Positions 24,006 through 38,702 are shown, counted from the first letter of the whole stretch. The stretch is DNA of 63,765 nucleotides, filler included, from Basidiobolus ranarum (GCA_040143965.1; 32 parts of 32 records of this genome joined end to end with filler, not necessarily neighbours in it); one strand, 5' to 3'. Numbers and translations are program-made. The notes: generated by a model not told the origin, from the letters alone.

Positions 24006-25903
24006 TTCGAGTGATAGCATAGTTAACACTACTTACCATTGATTGATAAGGGAACTCAGGGCTTTCAATTGACATATTTTGAGCCATATTTGGCCAATTT
24101 TCATCATTTTTGATGGGATTTATGACTATTTTAACACCTGGATCCATGGGAGTTGCTACTGGCCTAAAATTATCCATCCTGTAACATCTGAGAGTGTCTG
24201 AGATGTATTTAGATTGATTCAGAGTAATATAATTGCCAATATGTCTGTATGGATCTGCAGGCCCAAAGAATATGCAAGTTCACCTAAATTAGTCATCTTG
24301 TATTGGACTGATAGATCTCTTTTGGTGTTCCTGAGAGCTTCATCAATATTGGTAGCATTATTCAGATCATCTACATATACGGCAAGTATCACCTTACTGT
24401 CCTTATCTGTCTTAAAGTAGATCCCAAATTCCACCATACTTTTTTGGAATTCAAGAGATTCCAAGTATGTGTCTATCATAATGAACCAGGCCCTGGGTGA
24501 TTGTTTAAGTCAATAATGTGATTTTTGCAGCTTTCACAAGTCTTCGGGGTGCTCAGGATCCACAAAACCATCTGGTTGATGTCAAAGTATTTGGGAGCCT
24601 GTTGGAAGTGGTTTGGAGAATTAGAGGAATTGATTTTTTTTCACTTATTGATTTATTGAGGAGAAATTTGACATTTATAGTTTTGTCAAGATGTAAGCAA
24701 ATAAACATGTAGAATGGGCTAAAGAAGGCTCGGGAACATGTGTGCAAAGTTTGGGGCTTCTAGCACAAGTTTGAAAAATCTATACATCTGAGAACTTCCA
24801 AGTAGGTCAAAATATTCTAAGTAAATTCCAATTGAGATTAATGTATAATATCTCAGTGAATTATAAGATCACTAAGTATTAAGTTATATATGACTATATA
24901 GGTGTTTAGGCAAAGCTAATTTCAACAGCTTATCCATTAAAATATCCTCTTCCAAGTCCCCATTCAAAAAAGCAGTTTTAAAATACATTTGCTGGATTTT
25001 TAAGCTGTGTTTTGCTGCTACTGATAGTATGGTTCTGATGGAATTAAACTTTACTACAGGAGCAAATGTTTCATTATAGTCCAGTCCTTCCATTTGAGGA
25101 TATCCTTTAGCAGCCAGTCTGGCTTTATGTTGTTCTACAGATCCATCAGCTTGCTGCTTAACTTTAAATACTCATTCGTATCCAATGCTTTTTGGTCATC
25201 AGGTAACTTAACTAAAGTCCAAGTTTGGTTTTCTATGAGAGACTGATATTCCTTGGTCATTGCAGCACTCCAAAACTTTGTGTTGGGACACTCAACAGCC
25301 TCCTGTACTGATTTGGGTTCATCAGAAAGGCTAAATTAGTACTAGCCTCCTTTTGGCTAGTGTGAGACAATTTATCAGCTAGGGATCCCATCCAATTGGA
25401 TCTCCTAAGATGTGAAATTGGCACTACAACTTCTGGTACCAATTTAGAAATGAAATCACCTGAAGCTTGGTTGAGAATACGGCAGGTGAGGAATTTTCAT
25501 GTTTACCCACTGATCAGGATCTGGTGAGAGAAACACAAATTTTCATCAATTTTTGGTTGTTTTTCTTGATCCTGGATTGTTTTGGTTCCAAATGTTTTTT
25601 CTTCAGCAAATTCCATGTCCCTTGCCTTGATTAGCCTCTTATTTTTAGTGTCATATAGGTAGTACCCTTTTATTCCATCACCATATCCCAAAAAATGCCA
25701 TTTCTGGCTTTTTTGGTCTGATTTTGATCTCTTCTGGTCTGGAATCATTACATATACAGTACTTCAAAAAAACTCTCAGATTAGCCACATCAACTTTACT
25801 TCCACGCCCAGCTGGATAAGGTGGCATACCCAATAGAGCCCTAGAAGGACATCTATTCCACAAAAATACTGCAGGCGCAACCAATTCACCACAGATTTGT
25901 TTT
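24006..25903 (-). mobile_element. Decayed Copia integrase-RT with a nested solo LTR
   Basis: [28 protein letters not shown]. Confidence 0.92.
24580..24927 (-). repeat. Solo LTR, family A (348 bp)
   Basis: TG...CA ends; flanks GTTGA/GCTTA (decayed 5-bp TSD); removing it restores MDQPDG of RT. Confidence 0.9.
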
Positions 25904-26003
25904 NNNNNNNNNNNNNNNNNNNNNNNNNNNNNNNNNNNNNNNNNNNNTTAATTAATTAANNNNNNNNNNNNNNNNNNNNNNNNNNNNNNNNNNNNNNNNN
26001 NNN

Positions 26004-27900
26004 TTGCTATAGAAGCAAATGGTTCATTGTAGTCCACTCCTTCTCCTTGAGAGTATCCTTTAGCCACAAGTCTGGCTTTATATCTCTCTACAGATCCATC
26101 AGCTTGCTGTTTAACTTTGAACACCCATTTACATCCAGTTGATTTTTGGTCATCAGCTAACTTTACCAAAGTCCAAGTATGATTATCTATGGGTGACTGA
26201 TACTCCTCTGCCAATGCAGCAGTCCAAAACTTTGTTTCAGGACTGTCCACAGCCTCTTGTACTGATTTGGGTTCATCAGAGAAGGCTAAATTAGCACTTG
26301 GCTCCTTTTGGCTAGTGTGAGAGTAGTAATCAGGTAGAGATCTCATCCAATTGGATCTCCTAAGATGGGAAACTGACACTACAACTTTTGGTACCAACTT
26401 TGGCAATAAAACCACCTCAGGGTTTTTGAGGAGATTGCAGGTGAGGAATTTTCAATGCTTTTCTCGCCAATAAGTTTCTGGTAAGAGAATGAGAATTTCC
26501 ATTATTTAGTGGTTGTTTTTCTTGAACCTGGATTGTTTTGATTGGAAACTTTTCTTCTTCAGCAGTTTCCACATCCCATGACTTGATGATCCTCTTATTT
26601 ACAGTGTCTTATAGTCTGTACCCTTTTGTTCCATCAAAACATCCCAAAAAAAGACATTTTGGGCTTTTTTGGTCTAATTTTGATCTCTTCTGGTCTGGAA
26701 TCATTACATATGTGGTACTACCAAAAAAACTCTGAGATTAGCCACATCAGGTTTACTTCCAAACCAAGCTTGATAAGGTGTCATAGCCCATTCAGACCTT
26801 GAAGGACATCTATTTCTAATATACATGCAGTTGCAACCAATTTTGCCCGGAATTGTTTAGGTAAATCTTGATCATGAAGGATTAATCTTACATTTTCCAT
26901 TATTGATCTGTTTGCATACTCTGCTATTACATTCTGCTGTGGGAAATATGGCACTGTTGTCTGCTGCCTTATCCCATGTGTTGAGCCGAAGTCAGAGACA
27001 GGTTTTGATGTATATTTTCCTTCTTTATCAGTATGGATAATCTTAATCTTTAGACATGTTTCAGTCTCCACCATTGCCTTGAGGTTCTTGAAGCTATTAA
27101 AGGTTTTATCCTTACTGGACAGAAAGTACACCCCAGTATATTTTGTCTCATCATCAATAAAGCTCATAAAATACCTTTTGCCACCTAAGGATTCTGTATG
27201 CATTGGGCCACACAGATCTAAGTGTATCAGGCCCAATTTGTGAACAATTTTGCCCATTTCAGAGCCCACAAACAGCTGTCTGTGTTGCCTACCTTCTAGG
27301 TAACCTTCATAAAGCTCCAGATCCAGTGGTATTACAAACTCTAGTCCCAAAACCATCTTGTTTTTGATTTAATTTCTCATATTTTCAGCCCCTAGATGAC
27401 ATATTCTCCTATGCCAGATTTTCCAGTGAATCTCTTAAGCTATAGCAGTATTAACTTGCTCATATATTGGCCTAATAAATTGAAGTTTATAGAATTTGTG
27501 TTGCATAGCCCTGAAAGCTTTGTGATTCCCTTTTTGATCCCTGCTTCTACAGCCATTTTGATCAAGATTAAAGCTACATCCATGAGATGTGGCTTTATTC
27601 ACTGATAACAAATTTTTTGCTATACCAGGCACATATAGCACATTTTTCAGTAGCAAATATATGTCCCCAGGGATGCCCTCAAGATACACTTCAATTCCTC
27701 CCACTCCCAGAGCTTCTAGTGGCTGGTCATCTCCCATATAGACCATCTTGTTTATGTCAGTTTTAGTATCTAAAACCAGTTTTTTTGATTAGAATAATGT
27801 CAAGAGGTTCCAGAATAAATAGAACACAGCCTAAACTCTTGTTCAGAGGGCACTGATAGGCACGAAATGAATAAAACTTCCTTCTTGGTTGAAACCTGAT
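26004..27900 (-). mobile_element. Decayed Copia pol (protease-integrase-RT start)
   Basis: HLDLCGPM, KIIHTDKEGKY, GCKWVFKVK...ERYKARLVAKG. Confidence 0.93.
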
Positions 27901-28000
27901 NNNNNNNNNNNNNNNNNNNNNNNNNNNNNNNNNNNNNNNNNNNNTTAATTAATTAANNNNNNNNNNNNNNNNNNNNNNNNNNNNNNNNNNNNNNNNNNNN

Positions 28001-28990
28001 CATTTGCAACTAAACTTTTGTTTTTACCTTGCTATAGTTCCATGGGCTTGTTTTTTGAATGTCAAGACCCAGTTAGAACCTATTGGCTTACTTGCTGATG
28101 GTGTGACAGTAAATACCAATGTTTTATAGTTCCAAAGTGAAGAAAACCTATCAGACATTGCTTTTTCCAATAATCATCTTTCAGGACATTCCAGAGCTTG
28201 AGCTGGAGTCTATAACTTACTGCAGAATGCTGGATAAGCACAGACATCATCATTGGGAGTGTTCCACCAATTTCCTGTGTATTTCTTCTTCCCATTTATC
28301 TTCTAGGTCCTGAATCCTCCCCTGATGTATTAAGGCTGGAATATTGGTTGTATTTGGCTCTGATACAGCTAGAATTTGGCCATATACTACCTGAATAGTG
28401 CTGATTGTCTATTCAAGTACAAAGAACTGTAATATCAGGTAAAAAGTTTACATTTAAATCAAATATCACATCTTTATATATGAATAATTTTGGTTTTTTG
28501 GTATCAAAGAGTGTGTATGCCTCAGATCCATCACAATAAGCAAGAAATATGCATTTACTGCTTATGGGTTCCAGTATAGAGCAATTTTTGATATGGAATT
28601 AGGCCTTATTGTGCAACTATAGATCCTGAGATTATCTACACTTGGTTTTGATCAATGTAGGGCTTGAAATAGAATAGGACTTTGTAACAATCATGTAAGG
28701 CATCAAATTTGTATACAGACTGCAGTAGGGACAGATTCAGTTCTATATTGTTAATCTAACTTTTGATGATGCAACATTTGTCTTACCATCTCCTTTATGG
28801 TCCTAATAGCTTTTCTGCCACTGAATTTGGCATTGAAGCATTAGGTACATTTGTTTGTTATTAGTTCCATGTTTACAGCAAAACAATAGCAAAGTCTCTT
28901 GAGCAATATTACTGACTATTATCACTCTACAATGTCCTTACATAGTGTGCTGGTTCTTTCTCATCCGTTGCTTTGTAGTGCAAACAAATT
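28001..28990 (-). mobile_element. Highly decayed Copia integrase region
   Basis: Similar to 62200-62900; SKCIFLAY remnant. Confidence 0.75.
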
Positions 28991-30999
28991 GCCAATTTGA
29001 ACTGCTAAATTAGAATTGTGCTTAAAAAAAGTGGCTTAGCTGTCTTTCTTTATACTGTAGTCAGAGATATTGAGGGTATTATTAGACCATTAGACAAGAC
29101 AAGACAACATGAGGCAGGAAAGATACTATGGCAAGATATGAAGGCATAATACAATAATGGAGAATTCTATTTGCAGAATTATGACAGTATCCTCTCCTTT
29201 AATGATAGCTTCCAGATATTAGAGGGCCAGGTTTTTCTGTGTGGGCTTCATGAAACTCCTGGCAAAGTTTTCAAGAGGTGGAAAGATGTTTGGCTAATCC
29301 TCATTATTGTTCATATGTTGAGTATCCCATCCAGTCCACTAAGTATTGCATCTTATAGCAATAAATTCTGGAATCTATAATTTTGCAACATTCATATTTA
29401 GAGTGTTCTTTACTTGGATTTCTGGTGATGGGTCAATGGATTGGCCATGGAGAGTGTTTCTGGAAGGTGGCTCTAGGAGAGACACATAGAATATACTGTG
29501 GACTATGAAGTGGTCTGGAGTTCCAGGCATAAGGCTACTGATCTAATTTGTTTAGAAATCTTAAAAGGAACTAGTTTTTATAAGCAACTCTATCACATGG
29601 TCTGGAGGTCTAGATAGTTTCTCATATTAGCCATAGGGAGTCTTCTGGCATCAGATCTGGGTTGGGCTTTCCTTTCTTATAAGCAAAGTTCTTGCATTGC
29701 AAATTTTGTTTTGAATCTTAGTTGAATCTTTTTATTTGGCCATCAAATTGGCAATAGAAGGCAGTGGAGAGATTGCCAGAGGTACCTATGTTGAAATTAG
29801 GTAAATAGCAACTCATTATTTAGTAGTTAGTTTATTCATATTCTGATTATTTAGCACTCAATTCTGTTATTCAAAAACGTGTGTTTATTGCTCTAATNNN
29901 NNNNNNNNNNNNNNNNNNNNNNNNNNNNNNNNNNNNNNNNNTTAATTAATTAANNNNNNNNNNNNNNNNNNNNNNNNNNNNNNNNNNNNNNNNNNNNTCC
30001 AAGAACCATGGACACTTTTATCATATTTGCCACTATATCTGACTCTGCAAATGCCAATTGTTATATTGTTTGGGAGAATTTGGTCAGTGGGCAAGTAGAG
30101 CCTAAACTCACTGGCTCCTTTGCTTTTCCCTAAGGTTTACTGACTTCCCGCTCCTTGAGTACTTCTTTGGCTGCATTCTTTCAAGCAAATATATCAGATG
30201 GACTGTAATATGGATCTCTCTCTTACCTCTTGGGTCTTTGTAAATGGGAAGCAAGCATATAACAATGAATAAGGACTAATCAATCACATTTCAATGTCCA
30301 GCTTTCTGTTGAATAATATGCTGGCACCTGACAAAATATATACTGGCTTAAATGTCCTTTTAGAATGATCTGATAAAAATAATATATCCAATCAAAAACA
30401 ACTGTAAACTCAGCCCACAGGGTTGTGAACCAGGATGAACTAGTAGTGATTTATCCAAGGATACAAAAAGTTCCTTGCCTTTGCAGACAAAGCTAGGGAA
30501 AGAAACATAAAGTATCAGCAATATAACTCCTACCTGTCACTACTTGCTTTGAGCCAATCAAGTCCTTTGTAGTGACACAGTAGCCTGTAATTGTCTCTAG
30601 TAGTCTCTCTTGAGCTTCCTCCTCAAGGTCTTGTAAGGGGTGATGAAAATAAAGGAATATCTCAAGTGGTAAATGTTTGTTGAAAACCTGATTGATTTTT
30701 TATTTGAAAAGAGGTGGCTCTGCATCAGTGTCAGAGATGAGTTGTCAGGGGATTTACAAGATATTGCTGTTAATGGATGGCAAGTTTGATTTACTATAAG
30801 CTGTTTTGAAGCAATTTCACCTCACTAAGTTTAACATCTGAACATTTCAATGCCATTCAAAAAGCATTCAAAATCAAAATCAAAATTGGCCTCTAGGCAA
30901 AAGCCTGCCAGCACAAAAGGAAAAAAGCCAGCAAGAACAGAAGACTGCATTGATGAGAAGTCTAGCAACCTACTGCAACCATGATTCTGTAAATCTTAC

Positions 31000-31893
31000 C
31001 CATTACCAAGAGGCCTGCCACCAGATGTGCACACACTTCTCAAGAGTAAGATTAAGTGCGAATCCCTGAACCATGCTATGGACCTTATGCCAACCACTGG
31101 TTTGGCATGTAGAAGAAGAATAGCAAACTGAGATTCATACAAGACATGTGGCCAGCCAATGCAGTAACAATCAGGGATATGGAATACCTCCTTTAATAGA
31201 TGTGCTTGCAGAGAGCTTTGCAGGAGCTTCCATATAATCTACCTATGATCTATACTCTGGATATGACCAAATACCTATTGATGAGACCTCAAGAGACATG
31301 TTTGGACTACAGACTCCCTTTGGGCTACTGAGAATGACAAGATTTAGCCAAGGTGGAACCAACTCTGTTGCACAGTTTCAATGTGTGAAGGTCAATATCC
31401 TCTAAAAGCTCATCCCAGATGACATTGGAACAAAATGATCACCTATCAAGGACTCAACTGAAGTACTTCCTGGTGCAAGAAGATTTGCATATGACCATAT
31501 ACAAGACAGTGACCAGATTTTGACCAAAATTGAGAAGGCTGGACTCACTATAAGAGGTGAGAAAAGTGACTTTGGAATGCCAGAAATATCAGTAGTTGGG
31601 CAGAAATAAGACATCCATAGAAAAACACCAGGACCATCTAAGATTGAGAAACCACTCACTTGGCCAACACCAAGCAACTTAACCCAAGCAAGAGAATTTG
31701 TGGCTATCTACCAACTACAGAGAAAGAATGTGAAGTTTGAATGGGGACTTGATCAAGATGCTGCTATGGAGAAGCTGAAGCAAGCACCAACATCACATCC
31801 CATACTTAGCCCACTAGAATACACAAATGCCTCAAGACTACCAACACACATAGTTGAATCAAGTCCTACTGGAGCAGGTATTCTTGTAGGCCC
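31000..31893 (+). mobile_element. Decayed Ty3/Gypsy reverse transcriptase
   Basis: DLYSGYDQIPIDETSRDMFGLQTPFGLLRMT...QGGTNSVAQFQ; FEWGLDQDAAMEKLKQ. Confidence 0.85.
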
Positions 31894-31993
31894 NNNNNNN
31901 NNNNNNNNNNNNNNNNNNNNNNNNNNNNNNNNNNNNNTTAATTAATTAANNNNNNNNNNNNNNNNNNNNNNNNNNNNNNNNNNNNNNNNNNNN

Positions 31994-33758
31994 ACATAGA
32001 TTTCAGTGCCAGGTAATGGCTCTAGAATCAAGAACTGAAAATAGGACCTTAAATTATGTATTAGGCAGACTCTAGGTGAAGATTTATGGATATTGGAATT
32101 CAACCAAAATAATGAAGAAATCCTTTGATAGGCTATGGGAAACCTTCCTAAAAAGGTCAAAAGCACGTAAGAAGAAAATAGCATGTTATGAGAATTTTGT
32201 GAAAGAACTGGCCATTTAAGCAAGGATTGCTTGACAAGAATTGCAAAAAAAGACAAATATACTAAACATGCAATTGGGATTACAACAGAAGATCATTTGT
32301 TCCTATCTACTCTACCCATACCAACCAACAAGGATTTTGATATGATGAGTATCAGTTCTAGAGTCTCCCAGTAATTCATAAATCAGAAACATTGGTTTTT
32401 GTATTATGAAGAAATCTCAATTAAAAAGGTTTGCATGAGGGATGACTGTACATTGGATGCCATTGAAACGGGAACAATTCAAGTCAATTTAACAGGTGCT
32501 TTTGAAGAGAAAGTGTATACTTTTAAGTATGTACTATATGTTTCAGATATCAAAAAGAATTCATTATCTGTATGCAAGGCCATCACAGAAGGGTTAAGAT
32601 TCAATTTTGATATGTCAGGATGCATCTTCACTGATCAAAATGGGGATTATTCAGCTTGGGGAAAATAAGAACTTAATGTATGCAACTTTACCTAATCCTA
32701 ACCATTATAGCATAAAATATTTGGCCATATGGGTCTTGATAATTTGAGCAAAATGATCCAAAATTGCCTAATTTTGGTAATTTAAATTAGTCCTCTAACC
32801 AAAATAGAGGTTTGGGAGGGTTGTAGATATAGAAAGCAAGCCAGGCAACCATTCAAGAGCTCTGGTTTAACCAAATCTGTAAAACACTTTTATCCAATTC
32901 ATTCAGACTTGTGGACCTGTGCAAAATGTATCTTTAGGTGGAAAAAGGTATTTAATCATGTACATTAGTGATTATACAAGATAATCTGGGGTCCACTTTA
33001 TGGAAAGAGTAAAGAAGCTCTCTCTATCTTTAGAGATTTCAAGACCCTTGCAGAGACTGAAACTCCAATAAAAATCAGGAATATACACTGATAATAATGG
33101 AGAATATACTTCACCATTACATCAGCACTTTTGCAAAGTTCATGGAATTGGGCAAGAAACTAGTGACCCCTATTCACCTCAATAGAAATGGCAAAATTTG
33201 TGATATATGCACAAAATGTATCTCATGATGTTTGTGTAAAATGTGTTGCTGCAGCTGTTTATCTGAAGAACAGGAGTTATATTAGGAGTCTGTCTACCTC
33301 TACACCTTATTGAGCTTGATTTGCAGTCAAACCAGATGTAAAACATTCGATGATTTTGGGATGTATTGCATATGTCAAATCATGACCAAAAATCCCTCCA
33401 AATTTGATCCAAAAAGTTAGAAATGCATATTTCTGCATTATTATTCTCCAATCAAGGCCTATAAGCTCTACAATACCAATGTTTCAAAGTTGATCAAGTC
33501 CATGGATGTTTGTTTGATGAAAATGAAACATTTCACCTCAAATGGTCTCATATGATGACAAAAATCAATTTTCTCCTGATATAACCATTCTAGAAGATTC
33601 AAACCAAAACAATGAGGAAAGTAGCATTTGTATGCACCTTTCAACTAAAACTTAGCCTACTGAAGTGCCAAATATAGTGCCAGAAGTTATGGTACCTTTA
33701 TCCCAATCCAAGAGATCATACTGGACCCAAAATAGCCCTGGTTACTATATCAACAAGT
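31994..33758 (+). mobile_element. Decayed Copia family A gag-pol
   Basis: Collinear with 651-1903 and 6050-7781. Confidence 0.9.
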
Positions 33759-35236
33759 GTTGAGGTTTATTGTCTTTATCATATTTATTATCTCTATCTT
33801 TATACACCTAACTATTTCATATATCACATATAAGTTAGTTAACATTACTTAGTCAAATATCACTTAGCTGAAAATCGGAACATATATTANNNNNNNNNNN
33901 NNNNNNNNNNNNNNNNNNNNNNNNNNNNNNNNNTTAATTAATTAANNNNNNNNNNNNNNNNNNNNNNNNNNNNNNNNNNNNNNNNNNNNAAAGCACATAT
34001 ACACATTGTGGTTACTAAAATACCCGTTTAGCGGTTGAGTGTAGGTAATTAATCATGCTGCTATTTACCCATTGGAAGAGGTGATTAATGGAAGAGGTGA
34101 ATAAACTCAAGATAATGATTAAAATCAAGTGATCATACTACAACTATAAAAGGCTAGGTCGGTTTGATGTGACGATCTGAATTAATAATTATTTAGTTAA
34201 TTAGTGTGATATATTTCGGATTTGATCTTGATATGAGTGGATCTCGATATAGGAAATGTGTATGGCATCATAATTGGCAAGTAGTATTGGGGTTTTGTTG
34301 AATTTTACTACAGAGGGCAATGAAGAATGTAATCTTTGAATAATTTCACGTGAAGACAAGTTCCACACCTCTTAAGTTTACATATATCAATATACATTGC
34401 TACAAACTCATTCTGTAAAAACCTTGTTCAACAGAAGTACTACTACATGAGGTTCACCAGTTTGATTATATTTTCTGTTTCAAATTTCATTCTCAGCTTA
34501 CATCCTATGTATTGTAGCTATGTATTGTAGCTCATACCTTTATATAACTCGACAAGCTGTCAGCGGCTACTTCATAGATACTATTGATTCTGATCAAGCA
34601 GCAATCAATTGAGTAGTAAATGCGGAATTTACACTGAAAATGATATGTATTTTAAGGGCGAGATTTCTACTTTCTTGGTAGAGTGCTTTTCCATGATTAT
34701 CTTTACTCTTTATCATTCAAAATTCCAAGCTTAGTGTATGGGCCCAGTGCTCTTTATTAGTGTACATCCAATACAACCTTTTCCGCAGTCGGATGGTACT
34801 TGTACTTATCACCTTTCACAATGTAAGTGGCCCCTTGAAGGAGCTATCAGACCAGAATGCTTGCCCTGAAAGAAACAACAAACGGATCAAGGAAAAGGAA
34901 ATTGATAAGGAATCCTTTGGGATATCTCGAAATAAATGGATTGATAAACTGATTTAAGCTAACAACAAATAGAATTGCTATTTAATAACTCGCCTGCCCA
35001 AAGTGGCTTAGAAAGTATGAATTTGGATTAGCTCAAACGCTAACCCCATTATTCAACACTCTTCACCATATATGTATATATTGATGCTCTTAAAAAACTT
35101 TAATTACGATAAATACTAGATAGATTACGACAATACTAAGTGGATCACGTTAAATAACAGGTGAATTGCGTTAAATACTCTTCTTAACTGAGCCAATGGA
35201 TTTATTTACTCGCAATTGAACACTCGCGAAAAAAAA

Positions 35237-35884
35237 CTAAAATATATCGCAACCTATTCCAAAATCTATATCCCAGTACTTGAGATGAGCAGCTATACTC
35301 ATAGGGAACTGTCCAGCATTACAATTTGGATCTTCAACGATAGTACCATTGACTATATCATGGCAATCGACAGTAACTTGATCGAAATTGATCCATATTT
35401 CATGTGGGGTGTGAAGGAAGCCAAAGAATTCTGGGGGAACTCTTGGTACAATGTCATTATGGTTAGTGACGCGGCAAATCTTGTCAAAATCATTGTCACC
35501 ATTGGTAAGCGTGGAATAAGCCAATGCTGCAAAGGCTGCGTCGCCAACTCTAGGGGATCCGTAGTTATGTAAGCGAACTTTATTCGCATCCACAATACTC
35601 AACAATGAAGGACTAAAAGCCTCTTCATGCTCCGGATTAAGATATATTCTCTTGATATCCAAGGCTCCAAAAGTAGCGACAGCCGCACCCTAAATTGAGA
35701 AAACTATCAGAATCTGGTTCCTGATCCAATGGTTGTAGAGTTCCTTACCAAAGAGTGTCCAGTAACAAGAATCTCGTAATCTGAAGAATCACCACCAATG
35801 ATAGAAAGGGTCTTGGCTAGCCCAGCTTTAACCTGGGGCTCAACACTAGTATAAGTTTCGTAGAATCCACGATGGACCCTAGTG
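35237..35884 (-). CDS. Class 3 lipase (fungal triacylglycerol lipase), 5' truncated; intron 35690-35748
   Basis: HRGFY, VTGHSL|GAA nucleophile elbow across a GT-AG intron, YGSPRVGD, RVTNHNDIVPRVP, HLKY. Confidence 0.95.
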
Positions 35885-35984
35885 NNNNNNNNNNNNNNNN
35901 NNNNNNNNNNNNNNNNNNNNNNNNNNNNTTAATTAATTAANNNNNNNNNNNNNNNNNNNNNNNNNNNNNNNNNNNNNNNNNNNN

Positions 35985-37879
35985 TATGTGATGACAAAAT
36001 CAAAACTGGCAAGAAACAATGACCATCTTGCTTGATGATGGTTGAGAACTTTGGTTGTACTAAAATACTGAAGATTCTTGTGATCACCATAAACTGTGAT
36101 TTTGTGATTTACTCCATCACAGTATTGTTGTGATTGTTCAAAGCAGCAATAATTGCTAAAAGTTCCTTATTATAGATGTCATAGTTGATTTCTGCGGCAG
36201 AGAACCTTCTTGATTAAAAGGCAACAGGGTGCAGTAAGTTGTCATCTTTAAACTGTGATAGTATTGCTCCTAGAGCAAAGTCAGATGAATCAGTTTCAAC
36301 AATAAATGGCTTGTCTAGCTTGGGATGTGCCAGGATTGGTGCTGAAGTAAAAGCACTCTTTAAAGTTACAAATGCTATTTAGCAAGATGGGTTCCAGTCC
36401 AATGGGAGTCTTTCATTGTGAGGTTTGTTAATAGAGCATATATTTTGGAATAGTTCTTGACAAACCATTGGTAAAAGTTTTCAAGCCCAAGGAAAGATTG
36501 GACATCTTCCACATTCTTGGGAATATCCCAAGACAGAACAGATTCAGCCATCCTAGTGTCCATGGAGATGCCTGGTGGGCTGATGTTATATCCAAGGAAT
36601 TCATCTTGAGCTTGATCATATTCACATTTCTCAAGTTTAGCATAGAGCCCAGAGGGTTTCAACTTTTCTAAGACTTGGGAAACATGAATATTAAGTTCTT
36701 CTTGAGAGCTTGAGAAGATCAAGATATTGTTTAGATAGATTACCACCAATTGGTCAAGATACACTCTGAAGATATCATTCATCAGGCATTGAAAAACTGC
36801 AGGGGCATTAGTAAGTCCAAATGGCATGACATTCTATTCAAAGTGTCCATAGCAAGTTTGGAAGGCAGTTTTCCACTGGTCTCCAGGTTTGATTTTTACA
36901 AGAATGTAAGCACCTCTTATATCAATCTTTGTAAACACCTTGGCTGCAGCAAGCTGATCCAAGAGTGGGTTAATTAATAGCAAGGGGTACTAATTTTTGA
37001 CTGCAAGGCTATTTAGACCCTGATAATCAACACAGAGAGGGAGGGATTCATCCATTTTCTTACCAAAAAAGATTGGAGAGCCTGCTGGGGACTTTGAATG
37101 TTGGATAAATCCTTTCTCTAGACTTTCTGCTATGTACTCATTCAGAATTTTGAGTTCAGGATGGGTCAGCCCATATATAAGCCCAAATAGTGATTGTCTT
37201 GCTTCTTGTAGATCTATAGGGCAAGCATAGGGGCAGTGAGCTGGGAGTATATCAGATTTCTTCTTGTGAAAGATATCTGCAAAGGCTTGGTATTTTGGTG
37301 GGAGCTTATGAACCATAAGTTTTGTTGGTTTTAGCTCTTCAGCAATACTGTCAACGGATATTTGCTTTATATATATTTTTAATAGTTGGGCTGGTGATGA
37401 GTAGGATACTTTGCAGGATGGCAAGTATAGACCAGGAGGTGGAGTTAGCTTGAACATCATAATCTTCTTCTTCCAATTGATTACTGGGTTGTGCTGCATG
37501 AGCCATGAGATACCAATGATGATGAGGTGAAGAAATGATATTAAAGGCTATTTCTTCTTGATGAGCAGTGGACATGAGTGTCATAAAGGTTGTCTCATGT
37601 CTTAAAGCACCTGATGATAGCAGCCTTCCATCAATTACTTCTACGAGGACTGGACTAGATTTCTTGATTGTTGGGATAGAGTCGGATTTTACAAAGGCAG
37701 AGTCAATAAAACAGGAGGAAGCACCTGAATCAAGAAGTGCAGTTGTTTTTATTGACTTGGAATTTGGTAGCAGGAGTGTAATGGGCAGCTTTAATGATTC
37801 ATATGACTGCAGAGATTGCAATGTATGGTGAAGATACATTTTTGAAGATGGTTTGCCCAACTGCATGCCCATTATTGCA
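35985..37879 (-). mobile_element. Decayed Ty3/Gypsy protease-RT-RNase H
   Basis: [55 protein letters not shown]. Confidence 0.95.
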
Positions 37880-37979
37880 NNNNNNNNNNNNNNNNNNNNN
37901 NNNNNNNNNNNNNNNNNNNNNNNTTAATTAATTAANNNNNNNNNNNNNNNNNNNNNNNNNNNNNNNNNNNNNNNNNNNN

Positions 37980-38702
37980 AAAAAATGTTGCCCAACATAT
38001 AGCCTATTAGCTGGCCTTTTAGTCTCACATTGTCCCTCAAGTGTTTCCCAAGCATTTTGGATGTTTTTGGCTGTTTGTATGTGCCTCAATTGAAAATCTC
38101 TGAGATGCAGACAAAGTGTAGAGAGTGCTTTCCTCTGCTTCTGGTGAAAGGCAAGTATAGCTTCTGGTAGTCTCTTTGGCTCTATTTCTTCTCCTGTAAC
38201 AAATCCCCAAGGGTCCTTGTCTTCTAGCACCATTTGCATCTTAAACTTCCAGAGGTGAAAGTTATCATCATCAAGCTTCTCTGAGGATGCAAAAATGTTG
38301 TTAATAGTACAGGTAGATATTTCTCTAGCAGCAAGCTTGGAATTCATAACCTGATAAAGGTGCTTAGGGGATTTGGAAGTGTTTTGGACAAGATTTGGAT
38401 TTGTGAATTAGACACTTTAGTTTTAGTGAATTGAATGTGTTCTATTTATAGTTTGCTATGAAACAGGACTCTTGGATAGTCTGAGATCATAAAAATATCC
38501 CTGTTAAGCATGGGTGAAAGTTTGAGGTGATTTGGAGAAGTTTTGAGAAAATGATGAAAATTGATAAATGTGATCTAATTGATATTTCTATCAATTAGAG
38601 CAATAAACACATGTTTTTGAATAACAGAATTGAGTGCTAAATAATCAAAATATGAATAAACTAACTAATAAATAATGAGTTGCTATTTACCTAATTTCAA
38701 CA
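37980..38702 (-). mobile_element. Copia family D 5' LTR (38352-38702), PBS and gag start
   Basis: TGTTGAAATTAGG...TTTATCA then GGTTATGAATTCC; EKLDDDNFHLWKFKMQMVLE; LTR start also present at about 29789-29897. Confidence 0.88.
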
